Positions 1 through 9,657 of a stretch of 64,000 nucleotides of DNA are shown in pieces (position 1 is the first letter of the stretch; every line of letters begins with the position of its first letter). This stretch comes from Calditrichia bacterium (lineage in GTDB: Bacteria; Calditrichota; Calditrichia; RBG-13-44-9; J075): assembly GCA_050633245.1 (NCBI GenBank), contig JBOEGD010000011.1, positions 428,985-492,984 of the forward strand, given 5' to 3'. The notes beneath the pieces were generated by a model. It ran no database searches, had not been told where the DNA came from, and saw only the letters and a list, made by a program, of their open reading frames with translations. Both the position numbers and the translations under genes were made by a program.

Positions 1-500
1 TTCTTGGAAGTCTCCATCTTCTTTTGCAGCCAGTCAATTCTTTCTGGGCTGCGCATAAAGCGGAATTCTGCACCAATTGCATCACAATAGGTTTCCGTTA
101 AATGGTCAACAATAACTCGGAGCTTCTGCGGGCCGATTCCAAGTTCAGTGCTGGACTGAAAGACCGTATCCATATCTGCGTCAGATAATCCAAAGCGTTC
201 GAGCGTGATTTTGGGCTCATAACTTCGACGGTCTCGAACCGGGTTCGTTTTCGTAAACAAGTGCCCGCGCGTGCGATACTCATTTATGAGGTTTAATACA
301 TAGATTTCTTTTAGGGCAGCTGGCGGATCGGCAGACACAGATGAAGCATCTGCGTGGCCGTTCAAAGACTGAGCGAATTCGAATCCTTCGAAAAACTTTC
401 GCCAGGTCACATCAACAGATTCAGGGTTGTTCTTGTAGTCTTTGTAAAGTTGCTCAATGAATTCAGGGTGGGCATTGCTCAGATAGGATAACTTGTCCAT
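1..500 (-). CDS. sucA: 2-oxoglutarate dehydrogenase E1 component, 5' part (truncated by window edge)
   Basis: Not in the ORF track; hand translation from ATG at 500 gives MDKLSYLSNAHPEFIEQLYKDYKNNPESVDVTWRKVFEGFEFA...LINEYRTRGHLFTKTNPVRDRR...LTETYCDAIGAEF, a typical SucA N-terminus; frame is open to position 1. Confidence 0.92.
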   Translation of the reverse strand, partial: MDKLSYLSNAHPEFIEQLYKDYKNNPESVDVTWRKFFEGFEFAQSLNGHADASSVSADPPAALKEIYVLNLINEYRTRGHLFTKTNPVRDRRSYEPKITLERFGLSDADMDTVFQSSTELGIGPQKLRVIVDHLTETYCDAIGAEFRFMRSPERIDWLQKKMETSK

Positions 501-565
501 AATCCCTCGATAGATTTTTAGCCGTTATATTGCGTGGTCGTAGTTCACCCAAATGATAAGGCTAA

Positions 566-594
566 AAATTAAGCTGTAAGTGACTTAAAGTCAA
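566..594 (-). promoter_or_regulatory. Putative sigma70 promoter of sucA (TTGACT-N17-TAATTT) overlapping a TGACT-TAA-AGTCA palindrome (581-593)
   Basis: Read directly; the same palindrome occurs at 7458-7470 and 8180-8192. Confidence 0.5.
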
Positions 595-831
595 TTCGCA
601 ATGAAGTTATTTTGAGAGCGCGGAAACGGGTCGATTGACAATAAGATTGATTGCGATAAATGGTGCGTTCGATTAAAGATTATGTATGTCTCTATCCCTG
701 TTAAGCACACTGACAAAATGAAAATGCAAAATCGTTTTATCATACTACTTACGTCATTAATCTTCATAGATTTAATCTTTTTTTAGGGAATTTGGAAGTG
801 AACTACCTGGAAGTTGCCTGCACAGGTCAGC

Positions 832-1767
832 TTAATCAACCACGGGTGCCGATATACCCGCCTTTTTCTCATGATATTTTGCAAGCTGAAAGTCACCGTT
901 TTTGCGATAGAGAGCAGCAAGCATCTGATGCGCCTCTGCATGTTCGGTGTTGTCCTCCAGGGCAGCAATAAGAAAATCGTGGGCTTTGGCGTCTTCATTG
1001 AGAGCAAGACAGATACCAGCTTGTTTTAGCAGAATCTCCGAACGAAGCTCTGGTAAGCGGTTACTTGCTTCTTCGTAGAGAGACATTAGCTTTTCATAGG
1101 CCATAGCCTTTTCATACACTGAGGCGAGATAATTGTAAAACTGAATTTCGCGCGGATAGATTGAGAGGGCAGTCAGGTAAATATTCTCGGCCTTCTCATA
1201 ATCTTTTTGCAATGAGTAGATTGTTCCAAATGCCTTGAAACCTTCCCATGAATTTTGCTGTTCCAGAATTGTAGCGTGCTCGATTGCCTTACTATCACTG
1301 CCACCGGCAATAGCGGGGACCAGAACGTAAAACTGGATTAAGTCATGTCGAGCCAGCGTATTTAGCGAATCCAGTTCTACCGCTTGCATAAAACAGCGCT
1401 TTATTTTTCGGGCGTATAAGGTCTTTTTGATGATATTCGAGTTTAAAGCTGTCTTTACGTAGCTGCGACCAAGCCAGAGCACATACATCGAACTGTCTGG
1501 CGCGAGGTCTACGGCCCTCTCGAAATGCTTTTCGGCCTGTTCGTTCTTCTCTCTATCATATGCAATACGTCCCAGATAGTAGAAACCTGCAGAATTATCC
1601 GGGTAGGCTGTGCAAAATTTTTCCAGAAGAGTCACTGCTGTTAGTGTATCGCCAGCGGTATAAAGAGCGATCGCTTTTTGCAGCTCGTCCACGTTTGCAG
1701 ATTCCGCGTTCGCATGAGCTGCAATAGCGAATGTTAGAAACAAGATGGTAGCCAGGAGGCGTTTCAT
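832..1767 (-). CDS. Secreted tetratricopeptide-repeat protein
   Basis: Likely start MKRLLATILF (signal peptide ending AHA-N); many TPR helices (GFYYLGRIAY, FYNYLASVYE, AHQMLAALY); VPAIAGG motif. Confidence 0.8.
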   Translation of the reverse strand: MKRLLATILFLTFAIAAHANAESANVDELQKAIALYTAGDTLTAVTLLEKFCTAYPDNSAGFYYLGRIAYDREKNEQAEKHFERAVDLAPDSSMYVLWLGRSYVKTALNSNIIKKTLYARKIKRCFMQAVELDSLNTLARHDLIQFYVLVPAIAGGSDSKAIEHATILEQQNSWEGFKAFGTIYSLQKDYEKAENIYLTALSIYPREIQFYNYLASVYEKAMAYEKLMSLYEEASNRLPELRSEILLKQAGICLALNEDAKAHDFLIAALEDNTEHAEAHQMLAALYRKNGDFQLAKYHEKKAGISAPVVD

Positions 1768-1822
1768 GTCGTTGGGCTTTTTAGTAAATTCAAGAACAAT
1801 AACTGTGCCGTTTTTAAGGAAC

Positions 1823-1855
1823 ATAGCAAACGCCCTTCACAGAGGCATTTGCTAT
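1823..1855 (-). terminator. Stem-loop between the RND gene and the TPR gene (weak terminator or mRNA-stability hairpin)
   Basis: Minus strand ATAGCAAATGCC-loop-GGCGTTTGCTAT; U-tract is poor. Confidence 0.4.
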
Positions 1856-1906
1856 TTATAACGAAACTATAACATTTTTGGTTTCATTGCCGCCCTTAAG
1901 AATATA

Positions 1907-4900
1907 TTAAACCGGCTCTGCTTTCACTTGCACCACTTCCCTCGCGAGTAACTTGTATAACACCGGCACAACTAGCAACGTCAGAAAAGTAGACACCAAC
2001 AGTCCACCGATAATCGTCCAGCCCATCGGTGCCCAAAGCGTTCCACCTGCCAGCGTTAGCGGAAGCAATCCGCCAACCGTAGTAGCCGTTGTCAGAACAA
2101 TTGGTGTCAAACGCGTTTCACCAGCAAGAGTAATCGCGCTTAATAATTCCTTCCCTTCATCCCGTAATTGATTTGTATAATCGACCAGAATAATGGAATT
2201 GTTTACTACGATCCCAACCAAACTGGTTAAGCCAACAAATGCCGTAAACGAGAATGAGTAGCCGGTAAGAAAGAGCGCGAAAATTGAGCCTGTCAGCGCT
2301 ACCGGGATCGCAGAGAAAACGATAATCGGCTGGACATAAGACCGGAACTGCAGAACCAGTACACCCATAATTCCAACCATGGCTACAAGTATGGCGGCAA
2401 TCATTCCGCCAAAAGCATCTTGACGCGTAGCCACCTCGCCACCGATTGAATAGCGAAAGCCATCAGGCCACTCAATAGTGTCCAGCTTTTCAACAACGTC
2501 AGCCGTTACCAGCTCGGTCGAATAGCCACGCTGCACATTTGATGTTATACTGACCATGCGTTCCAGATTGAAGTGATTAATTAGTGGTGGACTGGATTTA
2601 AACTCAATTGTCGATAGTTGCTTAAGCGGAATCTGAGCGCCACTGACAGAGGAAACATAAACCTGCTGTAAATCATCGATAGTCGTTTTATTCACTACCG
2701 GGAGCCGTAAGACGATATTGTATTCCTCCCCCTCTTTGTCCTTAAATGTCGAAACCGGCAGCCCGGCAACGGCAGCGCGAATCGTTCGATCAATTTCCAC
2801 CAACCGCACACCAAGCATGCTGGCTTTTTCACGATTAATATCCAGATGTAGATTGGTCTTTGAGGTTTGCAGTGGATTATAAACATCCAGCGTGCCATCG
2901 CTAGACTCGATAACTTCAGCCACTTTTTCGGCCATTGTCCCAAGCATCTTCAGCTCTTCACCAATCACCTTAATTTCGACCGGCGCCAGAATGGGCGGTC
3001 CCTGCTCGAATTCCTTCACCTGAATTCGCGCTCCGGGAAAGCCGGCTATCCGTGCGCGCAGCGTGTCTACAATGCGTGCACGATCCCTCTCATGTTCGGC
3101 AGCCAAACCCACTAAAATTTGAGCGTGCGTGCTCTTCTCATTTTGAATACGCATGTTGTAATAGACACGTGGATTACTTCGGCCAATATTTGCGGTGTAT
3201 TGTTCAACTTCATCAATTTTCGCAAGTTCAGACTCGACAAAACGCGCGACAGAGTTCGTCTTATCCAGACTGGTTCCCTCAGGCATATCGATATCTACAA
3301 TGAACTGCGCCTTATCTGCTTTTGGGAAAAGGCTTACACCAACAAGTGGAAATAAAAGCAGGCTACCGAAAAAAATTGCGAAGGTGATCAGCAAGACGCG
3401 GGACGGATGCTGCAATCCCCACTTTAGAGAAGGACGATAATATTTTTCGACAACCATATTCAGGAAACGCTGAAGAAATAGTTTTTTTGATTTCGCCGGC
3501 TTTAACCAACGACTGGAAAGGAATGGAGTGAGCGTCAGTGAAACAATCAGGGATGCCAACAGTGTGTAAATCACCGTAACGGGCATGCTTCTGATAAAAC
3601 TTCCGGTCGTGCTCTGTAATGCAACCATCGGCACAAATGCCAGTACTGTGGTTATGGTTGAACTAACAATCGGCCAGCCAATTTGCCCCGTTCCCAAAAC
3701 TGCTGCTTCACCATTTTTATGGCCCATTTGCATAAAGCGACTGACATTCTCCGTAACAACGGTCGCGTTGTCTACCAGCAGGCCAAGCGCAATTACCAAC
3801 CCAACGATGGTCATTTGTTGAATGCCATATCCATTCAGATCAACGAAACCAATAGCGATTAAAATTGAGAGAGGAATGGCCAACATAACAATCGCGGAGG
3901 CACGAAGTCCCAATGCCAAGATCATCACGATTCCCACCAGAATAATTCCCTGCATTAGGTTGGTAAAGAAGCCACCCAATCGGTTATCGACACTAATGGA
4001 TTGATTGAAGTTTATCTTTAGGGCAATTGTTTCGGGTAGGGTGTTCTCAAACTGAGTAATCTGTTCGTTTACGCCTTCCATAACGGTAAAGATGTTGGTG
4101 CTGGCTTTTTGAATAGCAGTCACAAAAATCGCACGTTTACCGTTAAGTCGACCATAATGCGTTTCATCTGCTGTTTCGAAAGAAATGTCTGCAATATCGC
4201 GAAGGTACACAATCGAGCCGGGCGTAGCGCGAACAATTGTTCTTCCAATGTCGTCTATCGTTTCATAGTTGCCGCTGGTTTCCAGGTTAAATTTCTTGCC
4301 GCCAATGTCAATATTTCCTCCCGGTATATTGGCGTTCTCACTTTGAATTGCCCCCGCAACCTGCTGAAGCGGAATGTTCATGGCAGCCATTTTTTCCATG
4401 TCAATCGAAATGCGAACTTCAGATTCCGGGAAAGCCCAGGTCTCAACCTTTTTAATACCGGCAATCCGCTCCAGCTTTTTCTTTAGGGTTTCCGCCTGCT
4501 TGTCTAAGTCGCGATAGCTGGCTGTTTCGGATTGCAGAGCAACCTGCATAATATTGACGTTTGAAGGTGAAAATTGCAGAACGTCGATTAGAACAATTCC
4601 GTCAGGGAGAGTGCCACGAATACTGTTTATCTTATCATTTACTTCATCTTCTTTTTCGTCCGGGTCGGTATCTACATAAAATTCGACCTGCATTACCACC
4701 AGGCCGTCTTCAATTGTGGTGTCGAATTTTTTGATATCTTCAATTTCGTTGATTGCTTCTTCAATGGGGTCAGCAACCAGCTTTTCCAGATCTGTCGGGT
4801 CTGCACCGGGATATACTACTACAACACCGGTAATCGGCAGCGTAAATTGCGGATCCTCGCTACGCGGCATATTTAGAAATGAAGTTAGTCCGAACAATCC

Positions 4901-4963
4901 CAGCAGCGCCATCATAATCAGCGTAAACTGATGGTTTTCTATGGCAAGCTTTGGTAATCTCAT
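1907..4963 (-). CDS. RND efflux transporter permease (AcrB/AcrD/AcrF family)
   Basis: 1018 aa; YPGADP, LGLLVDNATVVTEN, GIVVNNSIILVDY and RLTPIVLTT motifs; two 6-TM halves. Confidence 0.95.
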   Translation of the reverse strand: MRLPKLAIENHQFTLIMMALLGLFGLTSFLNMPRSEDPQFTLPITGVVVVYPGADPTDLEKLVADPIEEAINEIEDIKKFDTTIEDGLVVMQVEFYVDTDPDEKEDEVNDKINSIRGTLPDGIVLIDVLQFSPSNVNIMQVALQSETASYRDLDKQAETLKKKLERIAGIKKVETWAFPESEVRISIDMEKMAAMNIPLQQVAGAIQSENANIPGGNIDIGGKKFNLETSGNYETIDDIGRTIVRATPGSIVYLRDIADISFETADETHYGRLNGKRAIFVTAIQKASTNIFTVMEGVNEQITQFENTLPETIALKINFNQSISVDNRLGGFFTNLMQGIILVGIVMILALGLRASAIVMLAIPLSILIAIGFVDLNGYGIQQMTIVGLVIALGLLVDNATVVTENVSRFMQMGHKNGEAAVLGTGQIGWPIVSSTITTVLAFVPMVALQSTTGSFIRSMPVTVIYTLLASLIVSLTLTPFLSSRWLKPAKSKKLFLQRFLNMVVEKYYRPSLKWGLQHPSRVLLITFAIFFGSLLLFPLVGVSLFPKADKAQFIVDIDMPEGTSLDKTNSVARFVESELAKIDEVEQYTANIGRSNPRVYYNMRIQNEKSTHAQILVGLAAEHERDRARIVDTLRARIAGFPGARIQVKEFEQGPPILAPVEIKVIGEELKMLGTMAEKVAEVIESSDGTLDVYNPLQTSKTNLHLDINREKASMLGVRLVEIDRTIRAAVAGLPVSTFKDKEGEEYNIVLRLPVVNKTTIDDLQQVYVSSVSGAQIPLKQLSTIEFKSSPPLINHFNLERMVSITSNVQRGYSTELVTADVVEKLDTIEWPDGFRYSIGGEVATRQDAFGGMIAAILVAMVGIMGVLVLQFRSYVQPIIVFSAIPVALTGSIFALFLTGYSFSFTAFVGLTSLVGIVVNNSIILVDYTNQLRDEGKELLSAITLAGETRLTPIVLTTATTVGGLLPLTLAGGTLWAPMGWTIIGGLLVSTFLTLLVVPVLYKLLAREVVQVKAEPV

Positions 4964-4994
4964 AGTTCATATATTCCTGTTTTTACAAGTTCAG

Positions 4995-6044
4995 TTACTG
5001 AACAATATCAATTGTTTGGCCATCGCGGACATAGGCCGAGCCATCGGTAATAACCGCTGCGCCAGGTTGAAGTGGTGTGGAGACGGCGATATTATCTGCC
5101 AGAATATGAGCGATGTCTATTTGGGTTCGTCTTGCGGTATTGCCATCTGCCAGAAAAATTTTTCCTCGTTGACCATCGCCTTCAACCAGGGCCTCTGATG
5201 GGATTAGAGACAATGAGGTACCCTTGGAAGGTGTAAGCTCGACGCTCGCGACAAATCCGGAGATGAGGCGTAAGGGTGTCTTGTCCAGACGGATCTCCAC
5301 TTCATACGTACCGCTACGGGAATCTACGGCTGAAGCAATCTCTACAACCTCACCGCTGAAAGTTTCTCCCGGATAAGGATCAAATGTAACGCTTGCTTTG
5401 TCACCCATTTTCAATGCAACAAGGTCGCGATCCGAAACTCCACAACGAACAATCCATGAATCGCTGGATGAGCTAAATGTAAAGATGGGAGTTCCGGGGC
5501 CAACAAGCTCATCTCGTTCGACAAAACGCTTGAGCATCTTTCCATTAGCCGGTGCGTAAATAGCTGCATGTCGCTGATTGAACTTTGTAATCTCCAGCTG
5601 AGACCCGGCAACAGCCAGAGCAGTCTTACTGTTCTGCAGCTGCTCCAGGGTTATAACACTATCTGAATACAAAGCCGTCACCCGTTTTAAATCACGCTCG
5701 GCCTTGTCATAGCCACTTTGAGCTGCAACAACCTGAGCGTTAATTTCTCGTCTATCCAAATGAGCCAGAAGCTGTCCCTTCTTTACTTCAGCACCTTCAT
5801 CAACAGCCAGTCGCTGCAAAATGCCGCCTATTTTAAAAGAAAGCCGACTTTCAGCCTTAGTTGCCAAAACACCAGCCGTGCGAATAGCAGGGGAGAGGCT
5901 TACTTTTTGTACGGTAACAACACGCACCGGCGTAGCCTTCTCTGCAATTGACTCTACTGTTGAATCATCTGCGCCGCAGCCAGCTAAAAGCATAGCGACG
6001 ATTGTCGCACATATCAGCAGAATGGAATTTCTTTTCATATTCAT
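4995..6044 (-). CDS. RND efflux periplasmic adaptor (membrane fusion protein), lipoprotein
   Basis: LAGC lipobox; KIGGILQRLAVDEGAEVKKGQLLA lipoyl-like motif; coiled-coil hairpin. Confidence 0.93.
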   Translation of the reverse strand: MNMKRNSILLICATIVAMLLAGCGADDSTVESIAEKATPVRVVTVQKVSLSPAIRTAGVLATKAESRLSFKIGGILQRLAVDEGAEVKKGQLLAHLDRREINAQVVAAQSGYDKAERDLKRVTALYSDSVITLEQLQNSKTALAVAGSQLEITKFNQRHAAIYAPANGKMLKRFVERDELVGPGTPIFTFSSSSDSWIVRCGVSDRDLVALKMGDKASVTFDPYPGETFSGEVVEIASAVDSRSGTYEVEIRLDKTPLRLISGFVASVELTPSKGTSLSLIPSEALVEGDGQRGKIFLADGNTARRTQIDIAHILADNIAVSTPLQPGAAVITDGSAYVRDGQTIDIVQ

Positions 6045-6062
6045 GATTCACCTTTATCATTG

Positions 6063-7433
6063 TTATTCTTTGTCGTTTTGTTTATTGATGGCTACAACGC
6101 GTTCGTATTCAGCGTAGCGAATTTGATAGTCGTAGCGCGCGAGTATATGTGAGATTTCAGACTGCGTCAGGCTATTTCGGACGTCCAGGTATTCGATTTG
6201 TGGAGCAATGCCGCTTGCGTATTTCTTTTCGATAATGCGAAAGCTTTTGCGATTACTTACAACGCGTTGTTGGGCTGCTTCTATAGCACTCTTGGCTACA
6301 AGCAGGTTTTGATGCGCATCTTCTACCTGAAGTTGAATCTGCAAATCGAGTTCTTTTTGAGACGCAATTATTCGTTTTTTCTCAAGTTGGGCCTGTTGGA
6401 CCTTGGCCTTGTCTTGCCCACCGTTAAACAGATTCCAGCTCAGCACTACTGAACCCATCCAGTAATCATCTTTGGAGGTAAAATTATAGTCTTCGCCCTG
6501 GAAGCCATAGTCTGCAACCAGAGTAATTGCCGGCAAAAAACGACTTTTTGCTGCACCTACGCCATTGCCGGCCGCCCCAACCGCGTAACGAAGCTGATGT
6601 AACTCATCGCGCTGCTTCAAAGCAAGTGAGGTTGCATCCTCTGTGGTTAGTGGCGTGATAAATGCAAGCGCATCGTCATCCAACTCGCTAATTGCCGATT
6701 TTAATGGACGATTAAGCAGGAAGTTGAAATAGTTGGCCGCCAGCGTTCGATTTTTCCCAGCCTCTGCAATTTGTTGATTGAGATCCGCAAGCTCAGCTTC
6801 CGAGCGAAAAACAACTTCCTGCGTAACTTTATCGTTCTTAAAAAGACTATTACTGACACGCAGATTCTCCTGTAATACCTCAATTGTTGAATTCAGCAGA
6901 TTTTCGACCTGCAAAGATTTTTGATAGTTGAAGTAGGCAGTCTTGATATCTACGGTTAATTGACGCTTGAAGGCATTGCGTTTGCTCGCTTGTGCTGCGG
7001 CAAGATTTTTCTTCGCGCGATAGTTGTGATAAATCTGAGGCTGAAATAAAGGCTGTATCAACTGGAGTTTGGTATCATGTTCCTTTTCACGAAGAAAAGG
7101 GATTGAGGTATTCTCCAGCTGGGGAAATTGTTGCGTGCCCGTTAGCTGATTCAGGGTTGAATACGCATCGTTTAGCAAGTCGCCGGTAGGGAACTCAATA
7201 TTCCGGCCGCCTCCTGCTCGGGAATATCGAGCTTCGATGCCGATTGAAGGCAGGAAGAGCCCGCGGGCCTCATCAAGAGCGGCCATACTTTGCTGAAGAA
7301 TAAAATTTTCCTTTTGTAGAGCAAGGTTGGCCTTAATGCCTTCACTTACATAATCCTCCAGAGATTGCGCAAAGCTCAGCGTGCTTAGTATCAGTGTGAA
7401 TAAGATCACACCAGTTTTTTGTAACATCATCAA
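6063..7433 (-). CDS. TolC-family outer membrane efflux protein
   Basis: Signal peptide, duplicated OEP repeats (FLPSIGIEA / FLPAITLVA, LSWNLFNGG); operon context. Confidence 0.92.
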   Translation of the reverse strand: MMMLQKTGVILFTLILSTLSFAQSLEDYVSEGIKANLALQKENFILQQSMAALDEARGLFLPSIGIEARYSRAGGGRNIEFPTGDLLNDAYSTLNQLTGTQQFPQLENTSIPFLREKEHDTKLQLIQPLFQPQIYHNYRAKKNLAAAQASKRNAFKRQLTVDIKTAYFNYQKSLQVENLLNSTIEVLQENLRVSNSLFKNDKVTQEVVFRSEAELADLNQQIAEAGKNRTLAANYFNFLLNRPLKSAISELDDDALAFITPLTTEDATSLALKQRDELHQLRYAVGAAGNGVGAAKSRFLPAITLVADYGFQGEDYNFTSKDDYWMGSVVLSWNLFNGGQDKAKVQQAQLEKKRIIASQKELDLQIQLQVEDAHQNLLVAKSAIEAAQQRVVSNRKSFRIIEKKYASGIAPQIEYLDVRNSLTQSEISHILARYDYQIRYAEYERVVAINKQNDKE

Positions 7434-7457
7434 TCTCCTTAACGATTGTTGAGTTTG

Positions 7458-7470
7458 TGACTATCAGTCA
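7458..7470. promoter_or_regulatory. Putative TetR operator TGACT-ATC-AGTCA upstream of tolC
   Basis: Palindrome matching the one upstream of the TetR gene. Confidence 0.65.
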
Positions 7471-7511
7471 TAATTTGGCACAAAAAAAACGAAACAACGT
7501 CGTTTCGCCTG

Positions 7512-8156
7512 TTATTTATTCTGTAATGCATGTGCAACAAAGTCAAATACCTCGGGAAGTAGCTCGTCCGGGTCAACGTTATGGTGAGACTTCATATGAT
7601 TGCCTTTTTTCCCCATGGCAACCACCTGAATCACGCCGGTCATTTGTCCCCAAAGGAGATACGCCGTTTTCATAGGGTGCACATTGGGGCGTATGCTGGA
7701 ATCATCGATACCTTCCTGCAGGGCAGAAGCAACGGTATCCATAACGTTCTCTGAACACGCGTGGCACTGAAACCCATATGATTGCTTATCATCCATATCG
7801 ATTTTTGCATAATCGCTGGTCATCATTGCGTGAAAGTAGTTGGGATAGCTCTGAGCGTAATTGTAATAGGTTTCGCCGATCTTTCGCACTTTGCACATTC
7901 CATTGCCTCCAATGGTAAGCGCCTTTTGAAATTCTTCATGCAGAATTTTCATGCCGCGAAGCTGGATGGCATGCCAAAGATCATCCTTATTCTTAAAGTA
8001 GAGATAGAGCGTGCCTTTACTAAGCTCGGATGTTTCCGCGACGTCATCCATGGTTGCATGGTCAAAGCCCTTGCTAAAGAAGACTTTTTCTGCGGCATCC
8101 ACGATCATATTTCTGCGATATTCTTTTTCGCGCTCTCTGCGCTCATTTATGCCCAC
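7512..8156 (-). CDS. TetR/AcrR family transcriptional regulator
   Basis: HTH motif ATMDDVAETSELSKGTLYLYFKNKDDL. Confidence 0.95.
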   Translation of the reverse strand: MGINERREREKEYRRNMIVDAAEKVFFSKGFDHATMDDVAETSELSKGTLYLYFKNKDDLWHAIQLRGMKILHEEFQKALTIGGNGMCKVRKIGETYYNYAQSYPNYFHAMMTSDYAKIDMDDKQSYGFQCHACSENVMDTVASALQEGIDDSSIRPNVHPMKTAYLLWGQMTGVIQVVAMGKKGNHMKSHHNVDPDELLPEVFDFVAHALQNK

Positions 8157-8179
8157 ATTTTTTCCTTTTTCGATACTAC

Positions 8180-8192
8180 TGACTGCAAGTCA
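8180..8192. promoter_or_regulatory. Putative TetR autoregulatory operator TGACT-GCA-AGTCA
   Basis: Palindrome 24 bp upstream of the TetR start and downstream of a TTGACT-N18-TATATT promoter candidate (8235-8206, minus). Confidence 0.65.
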
Positions 8193-8345
8193 TATAGTTG
8201 ACGCCAATATATTGTTAAAGTTTAAAAGAAGTCAACATTTATTTTATACGGGGCAGAAGACTACAGAAAGAGCATGACTTGAAAGCTGGAAAACAAATAT
8301 CATAATAGTGCAAAAGTTGTGCGGTTTTACGTGATTCGCCTGGCA

Positions 8346-8705
8346 TTAAATGAATTGATTGAAAAAAAATGCAACCTTCAGTGCTAACAAATTGCAAACT
8401 CCAACTTGCGAGACACCCGCCATAATTCCCGTTATAAGTCGCATTCCGTTTGTACTCAAGCGTTTGCCAAGGGCCTGAGTGGTCCCATCAATTACCAACG
8501 GTAAATGCAGAAAAAGGAGAACTGAAAGTGGCAGGGTTAAAATATCGAAAATAAAAAATGGATAAGTCAAACAACCGACTAATAGCCCTGAGCAGCGTGC
8601 GCATAATGGTAGTTGCTTTCCTCGGAAGAAGAATGATCGTTCGGGTAATCGATGACAAGAGGTTAACATTAAACTCTTTCCAAATGATTTTATGTTCTTA
8701 TTCAT
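8346..8705 (-). CDS. DUF2085 family membrane protein
   Basis: CHRLPERSFF...PLCARCSG and IDGTTQ...STNGMRLITG motifs. Confidence 0.85.
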   Translation of the reverse strand: MNKNIKSFGKSLMLTSCHRLPERSFFFRGKQLPLCARCSGLLVGCLTYPFFIFDILTLPLSVLLFLHLPLVIDGTTQALGKRLSTNGMRLITGIMAGVSQVGVCNLLALKVAFFFNQFI

Positions 8706-8822
8706 TACGCGATTTACCTAAAATCTTATAATTGAGACACATTTATTATAGACTATAGTAAAAAGACATCACAATATTGAATTATATTTAGACAAGACAA
8801 TTAAGTATATGTCTTTACGTAC

Positions 8823-9314
8823 TCATCGGAGCATTAGCAGCCGAATAAGAATATTTATTACGAACAACACGATATAAAATGTGCAAACCTGGCTTGCTTT
8901 TTTTGGATAACTTTTTTGCCAATCGAAATATTTATAAATACCATAAGGCACACAGAAAAAAGAACAGACCCACTCATCCGAGGTCATTCCTTCTTCAGCA
9001 TTTACTTCCTCACTACCGTTTTCCGGGAGTGGTGTCTCAAAAGAATGACTTGATTCGGAACCAACTCCATTTATCCCGAGATCACCACCTTTGACACTCA
9101 AGTTGATTTGCTCAGAATCCCGGATAATCGTGAGGTTAATTTCAGCTCTGTCTTTGTTGTTTTCAAATAATGTCTTCAAGTATCCAACGTCGCCATTCAG
9201 GAAAAGCCCATCATAAGTTAAAATAATGTCGCCAATCTTTAAACCAACAGTTTCAGCCTCAGAATTTGAATCGATTTGTGTAACTACAACTCCATTCACA
9301 TTATGTTCTGACAT
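8823..9314 (-). CDS. PDZ-domain protein with C-terminal membrane segments
   Basis: GVVVTQIDSNSEAETVGLKIGDIILTYDG PDZ signature; hydrophobic C-terminal helices; GGAG SD. Confidence 0.75.
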   Translation of the reverse strand: MSEHNVNGVVVTQIDSNSEAETVGLKIGDIILTYDGLFLNGDVGYLKTLFENNKDRAEINLTIIRDSEQINLSVKGGDLGINGVGSESSHSFETPLPENGSEEVNAEEGMTSDEWVCSFFCVPYGIYKYFDWQKSYPKKASQVCTFYIVLFVINILIRLLMLR

Positions 9315-9657
9315 TTCACTGCTCTCCAGTCTTAAATTCTATGTATTTGATACTTAAACAGTTATTGGGTTCACAAAACACACAGTTGGATTGAACCATT
9401 CGACAAACTAATCTCCGGCTATATCCTAATATAATTAGAGCTAGAATCGGCGTTGAAAATGTATGTATAGGATATGGTGATTTTGCATTGACTCGACGTT
9501 CAGTCAACCAAAATCTACATCCAACAACGCCAGTTTCAAACGTGTCTAAATTATTTGAGGAATTTATACAACTATTTTTAGGAAATTGTTTTAATATATG
9601 AAATGTGTTTGACCAATGAAAGGATATGCTGTTTAATAAGAGTTGTAGCTTTTATTT

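Noticed and set aside
98-283. 61-aa ORF in the ORF track
   Set aside because: Alternative frame inside sucA.
9316-9507. 63-aa ORF upstream of the PDZ gene
   Set aside because: No SD or recognisable motif; likely non-coding.
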